Assembly: GCF_006345805.1 (NCBI RefSeq) | Contig: NC_042998.1 | Span: forward strand, 124,868,001-124,932,000 | Length of the DNA stretch: 64,000 bases | Source: Octopus sinensis | Taxonomy: Eukaryota | Direction: 5' to 3' | Shown: piece after piece, positions 40,707-53,148 of the stretch | Position numbering within the stretch: position 1 is the stretch's first letter | Layout: each line of letters starts with the position of its first letter | Made by a program: the position numbers and the translations under genes | The notes under the pieces: model-generated | Told to the model about the DNA's origin: nothing | Database searches by the model: none | Seen by the model: the letters and a program-made list of their open reading frames with translations, nothing else

Positions 40707-40817
40707 TACATTATTTACATTATTTACATTTGACGGATATTTGTCCTCATTATGTTTGTTGTTAACAACAAAGACGAGGACAAATATCCATCAAATGTAA
40801 ATAATGTAAATAATGTA
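40707..40817. repeat. ~110-bp near-perfect palindrome made of two inverted copies of the 22.1-kb element's 3' end
   Basis: TACATTATTTACATTATTTACATTTGACGGATATTTGTCCTC...GTT|AAC...GAGGACAAATATCCATCAAATGTAAATAATGTAAATAATGTA. Confidence 0.92.
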
Positions 40818-41730
40818 CATAATTCCTCATCTCTTAAATATAGAACTGGAATAATTTAATTACTTTTAACATATCTAATGTAATAAGCTTTAATAAGTTA
40901 GCGAAAAATAATCATAAGGTGAATATAACTCGGTGTTAGCAATGATTAATATTTTAACTATCTCGTCAAATACAGTAGACTGCTCTCGACATACACTTCG
41001 GAGATTTCCATGTACTTTCTATTGATAAGAGAACCATTAAGTAAATGTTCAACGATGACCATATTTAAAAAACACAAGCAATAATTGTATTTTAGAATAA
41101 TAAATTATTCATTTTCCAAAATTACTATTTGCCAAAATAATTAAAATAGATTGACATTAATAAAATGTAAATGAATAAAATGATAATTATAACGATGGTA
41201 TCTAATTTAGCACAAAGCAAATTTGAGGGGAGGGGGTTGTTGATACCATAGACTAATGTTCGATTTCTTTTTTCTTCATGACATATCTATTTGTACCTCA
41301 GGTTTTAATGCTCATTGTATTAAATATTGTAGAGCAAACTTTGCACATATTTTAAGTTGGCTATATCGAGTCAATGCCCTCGGGTAAGCCTTCAGAAGAT
41401 AATGTGAATCTGCTTCAGTGAATTTTTTCTCGAATCCCTATATTAAAAAAAATGAAGCTGCAGTGCTTTTCTAGCAATCCAACAGTGTTAATGGATTAAC
41501 CATCACCGCCACACAAACGTGCGTTTAAAACATAATCCAGCTACAAATCTTGTATTGTTTTATTTTTTGTTATTTATTCAAGCTAGATTATTTTGTTCAA
41601 AAACCGTAATCTAATTTAACCAAAAGCCAATTGCTGAAGTCTCTTTGCTAAATTAAATATATAATATTATACACTCCCAGAATATTCTTTCATTCAATTT
41701 CGTTTTGATTATATAGTATATAGTATTTGA

Positions 41731-41948
41731 AGGCGGCAAGCTAGCAGAATCGTTAGCACGCCGGGCAAATGATTAGTGACATTTCGTCCGTCTTTACGTT
41801 CTGAGTTCAAAATCTGCTGTGGTCAACTTTGTCCTTCATCCCTTTCGGGATCGATGAAATAAGTACCAGTTGAGTACTAGGGTCGATGTAATCGACTACA
41901 CCCCTCCCGCCTAATATTTCAAGCCTTATGTCTAAAATAGAAAGGATT
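41731..41948 (+). mobile_element. SINE family A (alternative tail)
   Basis: GGCGGCAAGCTAGCAGAATCGTTAGCACG...GTTCTGAGTTCAAAATC...AGAAAGGATTA. Confidence 0.88.
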
Positions 41949-42179
41949 ACATGACATTTTAAACTTAAATTTTCCATGTTTATGTTTAACAACAAAAGTT
42001 GAGAATCTGGGATTTCATAATTTTAAATTAGTTTCGGAAAAAGTGATCTGATATATATCAAAATACATCATCTCAAATAACAACTATTTCTGTGTTGTAT
42101 ATTTTAGATTTTTTTCTTTTTTTTGACTTTGTATCATTTGTTATCGATTAAATTGTAGTGGCCATAAATACCCCAGGAA

Positions 42180-42550
42180 CAGTTTACTCATCCTAACAAC
42201 TGGTATTAAAATTCCTGGGGGGGGGGGTTCACCACTTGAAACCGTCTCTGATATGTAACATTTGGTGAATGGGGGAGTTTGATGTTGCTGTCCTCGTCTG
42301 CGTTTCTTGCTGCCAGGTAGATTCACCTGGAACCATTGACAGGGGGAGATTCAGTTATGTTTCGAAGACGTCTACATCCACCTCATATAGGTTTCACTGA
42401 CTTTTTTTAAAGAGGATATTGAAGAACTCTGGGCCCTTAAAACACAAGTTGTTGGCAATGTTGGAATTTTTGGTATTATGCAGTTGCACCCCGTTCTGCT
42501 GTTTCTATGACTTTCAATTTTTGGAATTATTAAATCTTCGTCATGAATTA
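42180..42550 (-). mobile_element. CR1-group LINE 3' fragment (same family as 63150-64000)
   Basis: Minus-strand IPKIESHRNSRTGCNCIIPKIP and FKGPEFFNIL match the 63.2-63.5 kb copy. Confidence 0.7.
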
Positions 42551-42684
42551 ACATGAAGTTTCCCTACCCTCACACAATAATTAACAGAATATATATTGAC
42601 ATTATATTTAATTATAGTATATATAAAATGACTGAACAGGTTAGATTATAGCTCATGCACTGAGCGCTCATACCTCTTTCATTA

Positions 42685-43457
42685 TAGGGGTCCCCAAAAG
42701 AAATCGGAATTTGGCAATGTTTTTTTTATTTATTTAGTTTTACATGATTACACTTTATCGACTTCAAAGTATTCTTCATTTGAAGTAAGGTATCAGTCCA
42801 GACGCGTTTTTCACTATTCGAGACAGCACTGAAACTTTTTCGAAGTGGTACCTTTTAACGCCTCCTTCGTTTTTTCTTCAGATCTTCCACATCTACAAAT
42901 TCCGTAGCACCAGCTTCCATCACCCACCAGTTCGAATCAACTGTTCTTTCAGCTCACGACCTGCATTCAGTCGTAACTGCTTTTGATCTTTCCGTGAGCA
43001 AGCAAGGTACACATTTTGCTTCAACTTTTTTTATTCGCACTTCCTCGCTCAAAATCAGTTCATGAATTTTCGTGGTGTTCTCATTCGTTAGTGAAGTCGA
43101 CGGTCGCCCTGAACGAGGCTGGACTTCAAGCGACAAGTCACTATTTCTAAAGCGTGTAAGCCACTCGTAAATTTGTGTTTCACTCATGGCAGCGGCCTTG
43201 TAAGCTGTTTGAAGCAAGACAACTATTTCGGTCACCGTTGTCCCCAACAGAAAACAATACTTCACGGAAGCACGCTGTTTCTTCGCTTCAGCCGCGTAAA
43301 AATCGATGGACAGGAGAGAAGCATTGCAAAACAAAGATGCACCACGTGGCCATACGACTTCAGTGAACAACGCCGGTCGGCAGACTGATGCCTGAGGGTC
43401 GCATCAAGTGGCTACCTACAGAAAACATTTCCATTTAATTTTGAGTAACCACTTGTA
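42685..43457 (-). mobile_element. Mariner transposon, internally deleted (keeps the N-terminal HTH, lacks the catalytic core)
   Basis: ORF 42954..43370 (KKQRASVKYCFLLG...IYEWLTRFR...QPRSGRPSTS...KCVPCLLT). Imperfect TIRs ending in TA. Confidence 0.88.
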
Positions 43458-44559
43458 TCTTTTAGAACCACAACATTTTACATGTCTCAGTTCAGTATTC
43501 CTCAAGCGAATCCTATATTCTGTTCATTGGTAATCTATCCAAAGGATTATTTGTCAGCCTTGCCTTTAATGTTACTGAATTTTGGAATAGATACTAGCAT
43601 TTTATGATATATAAATGGATATTTAAAACATTTGTTCTGTATCTATCAGCTGTTATATTAATATATTAGCATATTTGCATATTAATTTTCTTATTCAGAT
43701 GTTATATAATATAATAGGTGAACTATCTAAATTAGATTCGCTCCGGTTGGGTCACTATTCAAATAAATTTGAATTCAGCAATGTAAAACTGATGATGATG
43801 ACTATAGATCCAAACGAAGACTTAGGATACTATTTTTGGAATGTATTGTATATTAGAATGCTCGAGTCTCTGAGCGTAACGTGAATCCATTAAAGCAAAG
43901 TCAATATAGTAGTAATTACGGTATCAAAAAATAAAAGGAATTCGGAGAAATGTTTTATTGAAAATAAAATAAATAAATAAAACAGATCAAATAACGCCCG
44001 CATTTCAGGCCAGTATGAATGCATCTCATCAATATCTGACATAATTAAAGGTTTAAACATTTGTTTAACATCAAAACAGGCATTAAGTTAACACGCTTTA
44101 AACATTACTGTCATTTAATCAATATGAACTATTAGGATTTCACATTGCCAAAATTTCAAACCACGTTTATTGAAACGTATTTTATTGAAAAGAATAAATT
44201 ATTACGGCAGACTCAGTTCAATCCATGTAATGTCATAGCAGATCATGTATTTTTCATTAACTAACAAATATTAATATTTGAGTAGCGATCATTGTAGAGA
44301 AAGTATTGAGGATCCTGTGACAGAGGAATAGGCATATCAAAATACGCTTCCCATGAGTAAAACTAAAAGGCTTCTTATAACATTGCAATTTACATGTTAT
44401 TGCGCATTATGACCTTTTATTCTTACGTATTTTTACATATTCTATATTTCTCAAATTAATTCTCAAATGATTTTTCAAATAGAATTACTCTGCATCCGAA
44501 GAATATTGCTACCCAATTATAATACCACTAGAATCTTATCGATATCAACATTTTTCATC

Positions 44560-44564
<5 letters not shown>

Positions 44565-44633
<69 letters not shown>
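44565..44633. repeat. (CT)n microsatellite
   Basis: Directly visible. Confidence 0.98.
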
Positions 44634-44638
<5 letters not shown>

Positions 44639-45107
44639 TACTATTATGGGTGTAATAGGTATTATGATGTCTAATGTATCTAAATCAGTAAATACCCACC
44701 TACTTGTTTATTGCGAATTTACATGGTTAAATTATTGTTTATAGTACTTTAATGCAGGCCGAAGCCAATCGAAGTGATTTGGTTCGATAATAGAACTGTT
44801 GGGGATTCTTCTCCGAAACTTGGTCATTTCTTCTCGACATATATCATAAAATTACGTGAAATTAATTGCATGAATCCACCCTGGTAATATAACGACACTT
44901 TATTTTAATTATACAGTGTTTCTCCCGCTGGATCAAAACCTACTCATGGTAACTATTTGTATATAGGTATAGAAGATGAAGACAGCGTGAGAAAAGTAAC
45001 ATGACGATACTTAGTTGCTTATTTCAAGGTCAACTCTAATAGAATAGACCTAATATCAAAAGTTTCCCCATATTTTTATTCGAATTTTTATATATCTGGC
45101 ACACCAT

Positions 45108-45372
45108 CATCAGTTACGACAGCCAAGATTCCAGTTGATCGGATCAACGGAACAGCCTGCACGTGAAATTAACGTGCATGTGACAGAACACTCAACAAGC
45201 ATACCAACTCTTAACGTAGTTCTCATGGAGATTCAGCGTGACACAGAATGTAACAATGCTGGAGCATCGTGAAATGAAGTATCTTGCTGGAGACACAACG
45301 CGACGCCGATTATTAAACTCATGACCTTACGAGCGTCAGCCGAATACCCCAACCATTAAGCCACATGCCTTC
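45108..45372 (-). mobile_element. SINE family C, internally deleted
   Basis: Aligns by eye to 14700-15016 (GATTCCAGTTGATC.GATC.ACGGAACAGCCT). Confidence 0.8.
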
Positions 45373-46341
45373 ACTATCCAAAGTGTAAATAGAACTATAC
45401 TGGCTAACCTCCTCTGTTATTTAGCAGGACACAGTGAGGTTATAGTCATGTTTGAGTGCTAACTGTACACGTCGAGTGACTACATAGAGTAGGGTGATGT
45501 GGACATGTACATATGTTTTCTCAGTATTTGTACGCAAATTTTTATCTGTAGGCTCGTACCTGTTCTTAGAAAACACAATATCCTTGATTTTATAAATTCA
45601 TTAGTGTGCGCACACTCGCACAAAGAACTGTTAATTAAAATGATATAATTAACTAAATAGCTAAAATATTTTAAATACTGAAACATCAAATATATTTCAA
45701 GCTATTATTTGAATTTAATAAGATTTATTAATTCACAGTGAAATTGGATTCCTTCTACTTCACTTCGATGGTAAATGATACTGATGAGGTGCATTGTTTT
45801 ATTTTTATCGGTTTACAAGACTTATTCTGTAAAGATAGTATTCAGTGGCACTTGGCAAGATATAGTTAGTATTAAACAAAAACAGATTAATGGTTGAAAA
45901 TAATAATGCAATTTCCAATACGCGCTCAAGCAAATTGGACATTTTTAAATATCTGCATTTTCTTTTATTAAATTCCAAAATAGATTAACTGTTAAATATG
46001 AATATCAAAGCATTAGACTATTGTAAATGAATCACTTTCAGTTGCAGGAAGTCGGAAACAGTTACATATATTTATTATTTCGCGCTCATGGTTTTATAAA
46101 TTTAAAGCCCCCTTTTTGCGTTAATCTAAAATACCGAAATATTGTGTTCCATATTCTGACATAGATTTGGTTTCTGTTCTGTTGTATTGATAATATACAA
46201 CGCAGTGAGCTTTCTTTTCTGCTTTTTTTTTCTTCTTAGCTGAGCTACCAACATTTGCAGTATTACTTCAAAATCCCTCATATTTGCAAGAAAGAAGTTA
46301 CGTTCACTCAGACCAAATAATTTCAAAATTAGAATCTTAGT

Positions 46342-46573
46342 GTGACTGGCAGAATCGTTAGCACGCCGGGCGAAATGCGTAGCCATATTTCGTCTGTCGT
46401 TACGTTGTGAGTTCAAATTCCGCCGAGGTGGACTTTGCCTTTCATCCTTTCGGGATCGATAAATTAAGTACCAGTTACGCACTAGGGTCGATGTAATCGA
46501 CTTAATACCTATGTCTGTCCTTGTTTGTCCCCTCTGTGTTTAGCCCCTTGTGGATAATAAAGAAATAGGTATT
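46342..46573 (+). mobile_element. SINE family A monomer
   Basis: Full copy ending AAAGAAATAGGTATT. Confidence 0.92.
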
Positions 46574-47019
46574 GAGCAAATATGACCCTATTGTATCTTA
46601 TTCTCTGACTTATCAATTTTAATCGCTAATTCGTTAATGAGAATACTATCCATAGGGATAGTATATCGTGAAACATTGCTATTATTTTAAGTTCAGATAG
46701 GAAATATAACTAATCGTACCACACTTATAATATCAATTATGTCATCTACAACTCTCAAATATTCTATTAAGTACAAGACATGAGAAATAAGACCTCGAGT
46801 TGATCTGTTCGAGTAAAACTCTACAAGGCGGTGCTCCAGCATGGTCAAATGACTGAGACAAATAAAAGAATATTATATATATTCGCATTTTTGTTTGTCC
46901 CGCCTACTGCGTGACAATAGGTGTTGGCTTCTATATATTTCCATGCAGTGTTGTTGAGTGAAAGACAGCAATAGCTAAAAATCTCAGCTAGACGCAGAAA
47001 CAAAATATCTCTTAACTTT

Positions 47020-47375
47020 TACTTGTTTCAGTCGTTGGAGTGCGGCCATACTATAGCAGTGCTTTAAAATGTTTAATTGAGCAAATCGCTCCCAGTACCT
47101 ATTTATAAATCTTGTACTTATTCTCTCAGATCATTTGCCAAACCGCTAAGTAATGGGGACATAAAAAACCGTCACTGTTTGTCAAGCGGTGGTAGCGGAG
47201 AAACACAAAGACGCATGTATATATACAACGGACTTTCACAGTTTTCGTCTTCCGAATTCACTCAAAAGTTTGACCCTAGGCTATAGTAGAAGACACTCGC
47301 ACAAGGTACTGCACAGTGGGACTGAATCCGAACCCACGTGGCGGTGAAGCAAGCTTTTTAACAGCACAGTCATAT
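47020..47375 (-). mobile_element. SINE family B (diverged)
   Basis: Aligns to 51268-51676. Confidence 0.85.
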
Positions 47376-47812
47376 CTGAATTTAAAAAATTCAGAAAAGA
47401 ATGAAAAATAAGGATAACTCAACAGGTTGTATTGCCAAACAAAGTTTTATTAGAAACGTTAGGTCAATTCCACATGGGCTCCATTGGTTGCACGCAACAC
47501 ATCTAGACGATAGATTGTAGCAGATGTACAGATAATTTATGAACACCCTATATATATGTGTGTGTTTGTGTGTATGTATATACATGTGTGTGTATGTATA
47601 TAGTGTGTGTGTATGTGTACTTCTGTGTATAAATACAATTGTGTGTAAGATAGTTTATCGCTTAGTCACGAGTGCGCAAAACTTCTTCCAAAGCCTTTAG
47701 CATAGATAAGGCGGACAGTATCCTTAAAGAAGGGATTTGGTTCAAGTGCTTGGAGCAGAGTGGACTTCGCTAAAGCCATCGAATAGCCAGATGGTGCTAT
47801 CAAACAGAGTCA

Positions 47813-47990
47813 AGGCGGCGAGCTGGCAGAATCGTTAGCACGCCGGGCAAAATGCTTCACCCCATTTCGTCCGTCTCTACGTTTTAAGTTCACATTCCGC
47901 CGAGGTTACTTTTACTTTCTTTTTTCCGGGTTCGATGAATTAAGTACCAGTTGAAAACTGAGGTCGATGGAATCGACTAGCTCCCACTCT
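47813..47990 (+). mobile_element. SINE family A
   Basis: GGCGGCGAGCTGGCAGAATCGTTAGCACGCCGGGC head and body. Confidence 0.88.
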
Positions 47991-49124
47991 CTGAACTCTC
48001 TGAAACTGTTATTAAACAGCGAGTCGACTTATGTCTACCCTCGAGGTAGTTCATAATGTGTTTTAAACTCGAAACACAAGCAGCTGGAGTGAATACCATT
48101 AGTATTTTATCCGACATTCAAGCTAATCTGTCACTCTAACTCAATACATATCCACACCGGAAGAATCGAAAGCTTAGATAATCCTTTTGGTTTTGAATTA
48201 AGAACACAAATAGCTGCAGTAGATTAGCAAAATCTATAGAGCAGCAACTGATTCACAAACGACTCAGCTAAATCGGCACCTTTACAATTATCAAAATATA
48301 TAAACAAGTTTATATATTTCGAAAATAACATTTAGCGAGTGAAGTTGCATTCCAAATAATTAATTATTTATAAACCACATTGATATCTATATTATTTATT
48401 GAATTAAAATTCTGTAAACTCTAGCCCTATCTATGAAAGTGGGTTCTCTGCCATCCTTCCTGAATCGTCGTGTAAACCTACAATATCTATCTGCATTTCT
48501 GTCTGTCTGTCTGTCTCAATGATTTTGCGAATATTTTTAAATACCTATGCCTATTTAAAGAAAATCCTTGTAAACATGTTTGAACATATATAAAAGTGAA
48601 AATAATCAGAACAGGTGGGTTTATATATTCTTGCTCATTTTTTAAGATTGTTTAGATAATTCTTATCCATATATACATAAATACAACCATTCACTGTCAG
48701 CCATGCACACACGCACACACACACACATACACACACACATACACACAATAGAATTGTAATTATGTATGTTATTAATTCTAAACCAATAGGTGCCCGAGTT
48801 TATACATTTATGAAACGTATCATCATTGACTTCTCTCAGTATTAATTGGATATGTAGCTAAATTTCCGTTATCTCAGTTTGTTTAGTATACATGCATATC
48901 TCAAAAAGGAGATTATCCATCATTGCATCAAATAAATAACAAGTAAATAAAATTTTGTAAGTTCTAATGCCGAAGATTATATTATCTTTTGAACCTAGAG
49001 CATACGAACGAAAACTGCTGATCTCTATAGATTCACATCAACGGCTATTACTCTTTCTAGAATAATTTAAGTGATTTCTAATTTTTTGAGATTTCCACTC
49101 GCTTTCAAAATTGTTCGTCTAAGT

Positions 49125-49266
49125 CAGGCATGGGCAAAATTTTTATCAAGAAGTAGGTCGCATGAGACATGGTTCATCATCAGATGGTTGCATTACTAAA
49201 ACAATTAAAAGTAATTTTTCGTTGGAGTGTCATTGAGCAAGACTGGTGGCAGATTGCCCATAACTA
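49125..49266. mobile_element. Possible small hAT-type MITE
   Basis: CAGGCATGGGCAA left end and a degenerate TTGCCCAT right end. No TSD found. Confidence 0.35.
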
Positions 49267-51049
49267 ATATTGACCAACTGAAAATAGGGAATCGAAGTAT
49301 GTTTTAAGCATATTTCCTTGTATCGGCAGATTAATTAAAATACCAAAAGGAACGAAAATCAGAATCAACCCAACGTCATATGAACATAATTTTCAAAAGA
49401 AAACGCTTTTACTTATTGCATTCTTGCGTCGGGTGTGACGTCAGCAGTAATTCGTCACTGCTAGCTAACATGAAACTAAAAGAGATCCAAGAATGGTAGG
49501 ATAGCTTCTGACAGTTCTCAAGCTGATTTCAAATACTAATATCTCATATTGATACACCGTCGCTCGTGTATAACGAATCAATAACATTGTCGAATAAGCT
49601 GCACCAGCTCTATATATCATTTATTTCGTATTGTCGACATCAAAGGGATGAAACACAAAATCAACTTCGGATAATCTGGATTTCTACCATTTCTGCCAAT
49701 CGACTGGATTTCCAATTTATTACTTGACGTGTGTGTGACTTTTAGTCCTGTACATTTGTAATGAAATAATGAAACACTCACGTCTGGACGTGGACATTAT
49801 ATATATACATTCATACCTACATGCATGTATGTGTGTATATGTAAACCTTTCATATATGCATGTATCGTTTAGGATATAATTCTGTATGTATCAAGGTTAG
49901 TATCTATCTCTATAAATAAATATATATGGATTTATTTGTGCATGCACGAACACACACAGACAATACATCATTCTAGTTGTGTTCTGTTTCTTCCTTTCAT
50001 TTTTTTAACCCAGACACATATACACACAGACACGTGTATGGATATTTACGTAAATATGAGAGTTGGATGCGTTTTAGTAGTTATAACTTTTTGACTCTAT
50101 ATACGTGTCTACAGCTATGTTTGTGTGTTTATATGTTTGCATATGTATAAGCAAGAACACATTGAAATATACACATAACATAAAAATGGCACACACAAAC
50201 ACACATATACATATCCGCACAAATACTCATAAACATCGAACATACACACAGACACACACTCAGCCATTTATATATAAATTTGTACGACGTGGCTTTTGTT
50301 GCTAATACAATCTCAGTTTAATTAGACTTTATACTTCATTCTCTATGTAGCCACATTATCCGGTTATTACTGTCCATTGCCCATTCGTTTAATTATAACA
50401 TCGAACCATTTAACGTATAATGGTTAAAACACTATTATTGAAATAAACCACTGCTTAATACTGACTACATCACTTGGTGATAAAGGCAACGATTAGTTTC
50501 ATCGCACCAGCAGCTTTTTTAGAGATTCAATTAAATAAACAATCAGATGCCCGTTCATAATTTGATTCAATAGACATCTAAATAATTTCAGCAATCATCT
50601 GTTAACAATTGCACAATGAACCGTGTCAAATGACTTTCGCGTGAAAATCCTGGCTGTCATTATGTACAATTCGTTTATTTAGCGATGTTCCTTCCTTCTT
50701 ATTTATTTTCTGAATAAAAAAAAAAGCAAATCAGGAAACAAAACAACAAAAACTAACAATAAAGAAAAACAAAAAGAATAACACAGAAACAAAAACCAGG
50801 AAGAAAAACTTCATCAAAAATCAAACAAAAACTGGCACTCGTATCTGTTTTCTTTTTGTGATTCACTGCATTAAGTGAGATATTTTTAACGCAGGATATA
50901 TCTATGATATTATTCTGTAACGGTCTGCGTATGTAACGTTTTAACTATAGAACGAATTCGGAGATATAATCTATTACGGACATTTATTATTATTTATATA
51001 TGTAAAACAATTGCTGATAACTTGATAAATATTAGAAATCAATTAATGA

Positions 51050-51082
<33 letters not shown>

Positions 51083-51267
51083 AATTTCTTCTCGCTTCAG
51101 TCATTAAATTGTGGCCTAGCTGGGGCACCACCTCGAACAATCTTTAGTGCAATGAATAGATCACAGTAATTCTTAAACCCTAATAGTGCTCTATCGGTCG
51201 CCCTTTCCGAACTGCTACATTGCGAGGACATAAACCAATGCTGGCTGCACAAACACACATATGCACA

Positions 51268-51676
51268 CTTACTCTTTTACTCTTTTACTTGTTTCAGTCA
51301 TTTGACTGCGGCCATGCTGGAGTACCGCCTTTAGTCGAGCAACTCGACCCCGGGACTTATTCTTTGTAAGCCCAGTACTTATTCTATCGGTCTCTTTTGC
51401 CGAACCACTAAGTGACGGGGACATAAACACACCAGCATCGGTTGTCAATGCCAGGGGGACAAACACAGACACACAAACACACACACGCATATATACATAT
51501 ATACATATATACGACGGGCTTCTTTCAGTTTCCGTCTACCAAATCCACTCACAAGGTTTTGGTCGGCCCAAGGCTATAGTAGAAAACACTTGCCCAAGGT
51601 GCCACGCAGTGGGACTGAACCCGGAACCATGTGGTTGGTAGACAAGCTACTTACCACACAGCCACTCCTGCGCCTA
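51268..51676 (-). mobile_element. SINE family B, near-complete
   Basis: Minus-strand head GGCGCAGGAGTGGCTGTGTGGTAAGTAGC, GGGTTCAGTCCC, CORE-like body and (AGTAAAAG) tail. Confidence 0.93.
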
Positions 51677-51710
<34 letters not shown>

Positions 51711-51787
51711 AATAAATATTAGGGAATAATATTGGCTTAAGTTTTTCATTGTTTGATTTGCCTAATAGTGGTTTTGTCTCTAATTTA

Positions 51788-51853
<66 letters not shown>

Positions 51854-51863
51854 TATATATGTA

Positions 51864-52940
51864 CACGATGGGTACTGAAAAGTAACCGGAAACGTTCCTT
51901 GTGGGACAAACCCGTTGTAGTTCAGGCTTCAGCCGCCAGAAACCACTTGATGTAACCCTTAAACATCAGTCTGCTAACCGACGTCGTTGAGTGAAGTCAT
52001 ACCGTTAAGTGGTACGTCTTTGTTTCGCAGTGCTTCTCTCCTGTTCGTTGATTTTTTGTGATGGTTGAAACGAAAAAAACAGCGTGCTTCCGTGAAATTC
52101 TGTTTTCTGCTGGTAAAAACAGCGGTTGAAACAGTTGTCATGCTTCAAACAAGTGCGAGGGAGAGCGAAGAAGTTGCAGCATAATGTGTGCTTCGCTTGC
52201 TCACAGAAGATTAAAAGCAGTCACGACCGGATGCATGTCATGAAGTGAAAGAACAGTTGGAAGTTAATCCAAACCTTTTTTTGAAGATCATCATTGGTGA
52301 TGAAAGCTGGTGTTACGATTACAACCCAGAGACGAAGCAGCAATCAAGTCAATGGAAACACTCAATGTCCCCACACCCTCAAAAAGCGCGTCAACTGCAG
52401 TTCAGTGTCATTGCTGATTTGTTTCAAGATATGAAAGGAATTTTCCCCACAGAATTTATTCCTCCTTGTCAAACTGTTAAACGTACATTTTATTTGGCAG
52501 TTCTGAAGCGTCTGAGAGATTCCATGAGACGAAAACGCCCCGATTTGTGGAAAAATGAAGATTGGTAGCTCCATCACAACAATGCGCTGCGCCCAACGCT
52601 TTGAGTGTGAGACAGGTTTGACGAAAATGGCATGATTTCACTTAACTACCCTTCCTATTTGCCCGATCCTGCTCCTTGTAAACTTTTTCCGTTCCCCCGA
52701 ACGAAAAGAGTCCTTAAAGGAAAACGTTTTGCAGATGTGGAAGAGGTGAAGAAAAAAGGACGGTGTTAAAAGGCATCACTTTGCAAGAGTTCCAGGACCG
52801 CTTCCAACAGTAGAAAATGCGACTGGACCGATGCATTGCTTCAAATAGAGAGTACCTTGAAGGCGACAAAAGTGTAAACATGTAACACTAAGTGAATTAG
52901 ATAATATTCCAAAATTCCGCCTCTTTTGGGTACTCCGTCG
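51864..52940 (+). mobile_element. Mariner transposon, degenerate (keeps the catalytic region, lacks most of the HTH)
   Basis: KKQRASVKFCFLL, IIIGDESWCYDYNPETKQQSSQW, FYLAVLKRLR..RRKRP, LHHNNA, PSYLPDPAPC, LKGKRFADVEEVK and EYLEGD. Imperfect TIRs in (TA)n flanks. Confidence 0.92.
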
Positions 52941-52994
52941 TATATATATATATATATACTCTCTCTCTCTCTCTCTCACACACCCACACACACA

Positions 52995-53060
52995 CACTAT
53001 AGCCTCGGGCCGACCAGAGCCTTGTGAGTGGATTTGGTAGACGTAAAAACCCGTCGTATA
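52995..53060 (+). mobile_element. SINE family B internal fragment
   Basis: CTATAGCCTCGGGCCGACCAGAGCCTTGTGAGTGGATTTGGTAGAC. Confidence 0.85.
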
Positions 53061-53102
53061 TATATATATATATATATTATAATGATACAAATAATGTATG
53101 TA

Positions 53103-53148
<46 letters not shown>

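Noticed and set aside
49436-49443. Perfect CRE palindrome TGACGTCA
   Set aside because: About one 8-mer match is expected by chance in 64 kb, and there is no supported promoter nearby.
52930-53062. Shared CCGTCGTATATA at the mariner right end and at the adjacent SINE fragment, a possible TSD
   Set aside because: The motif is native to both the mariner TIR and the SINE B consensus, so the match is coincidental.
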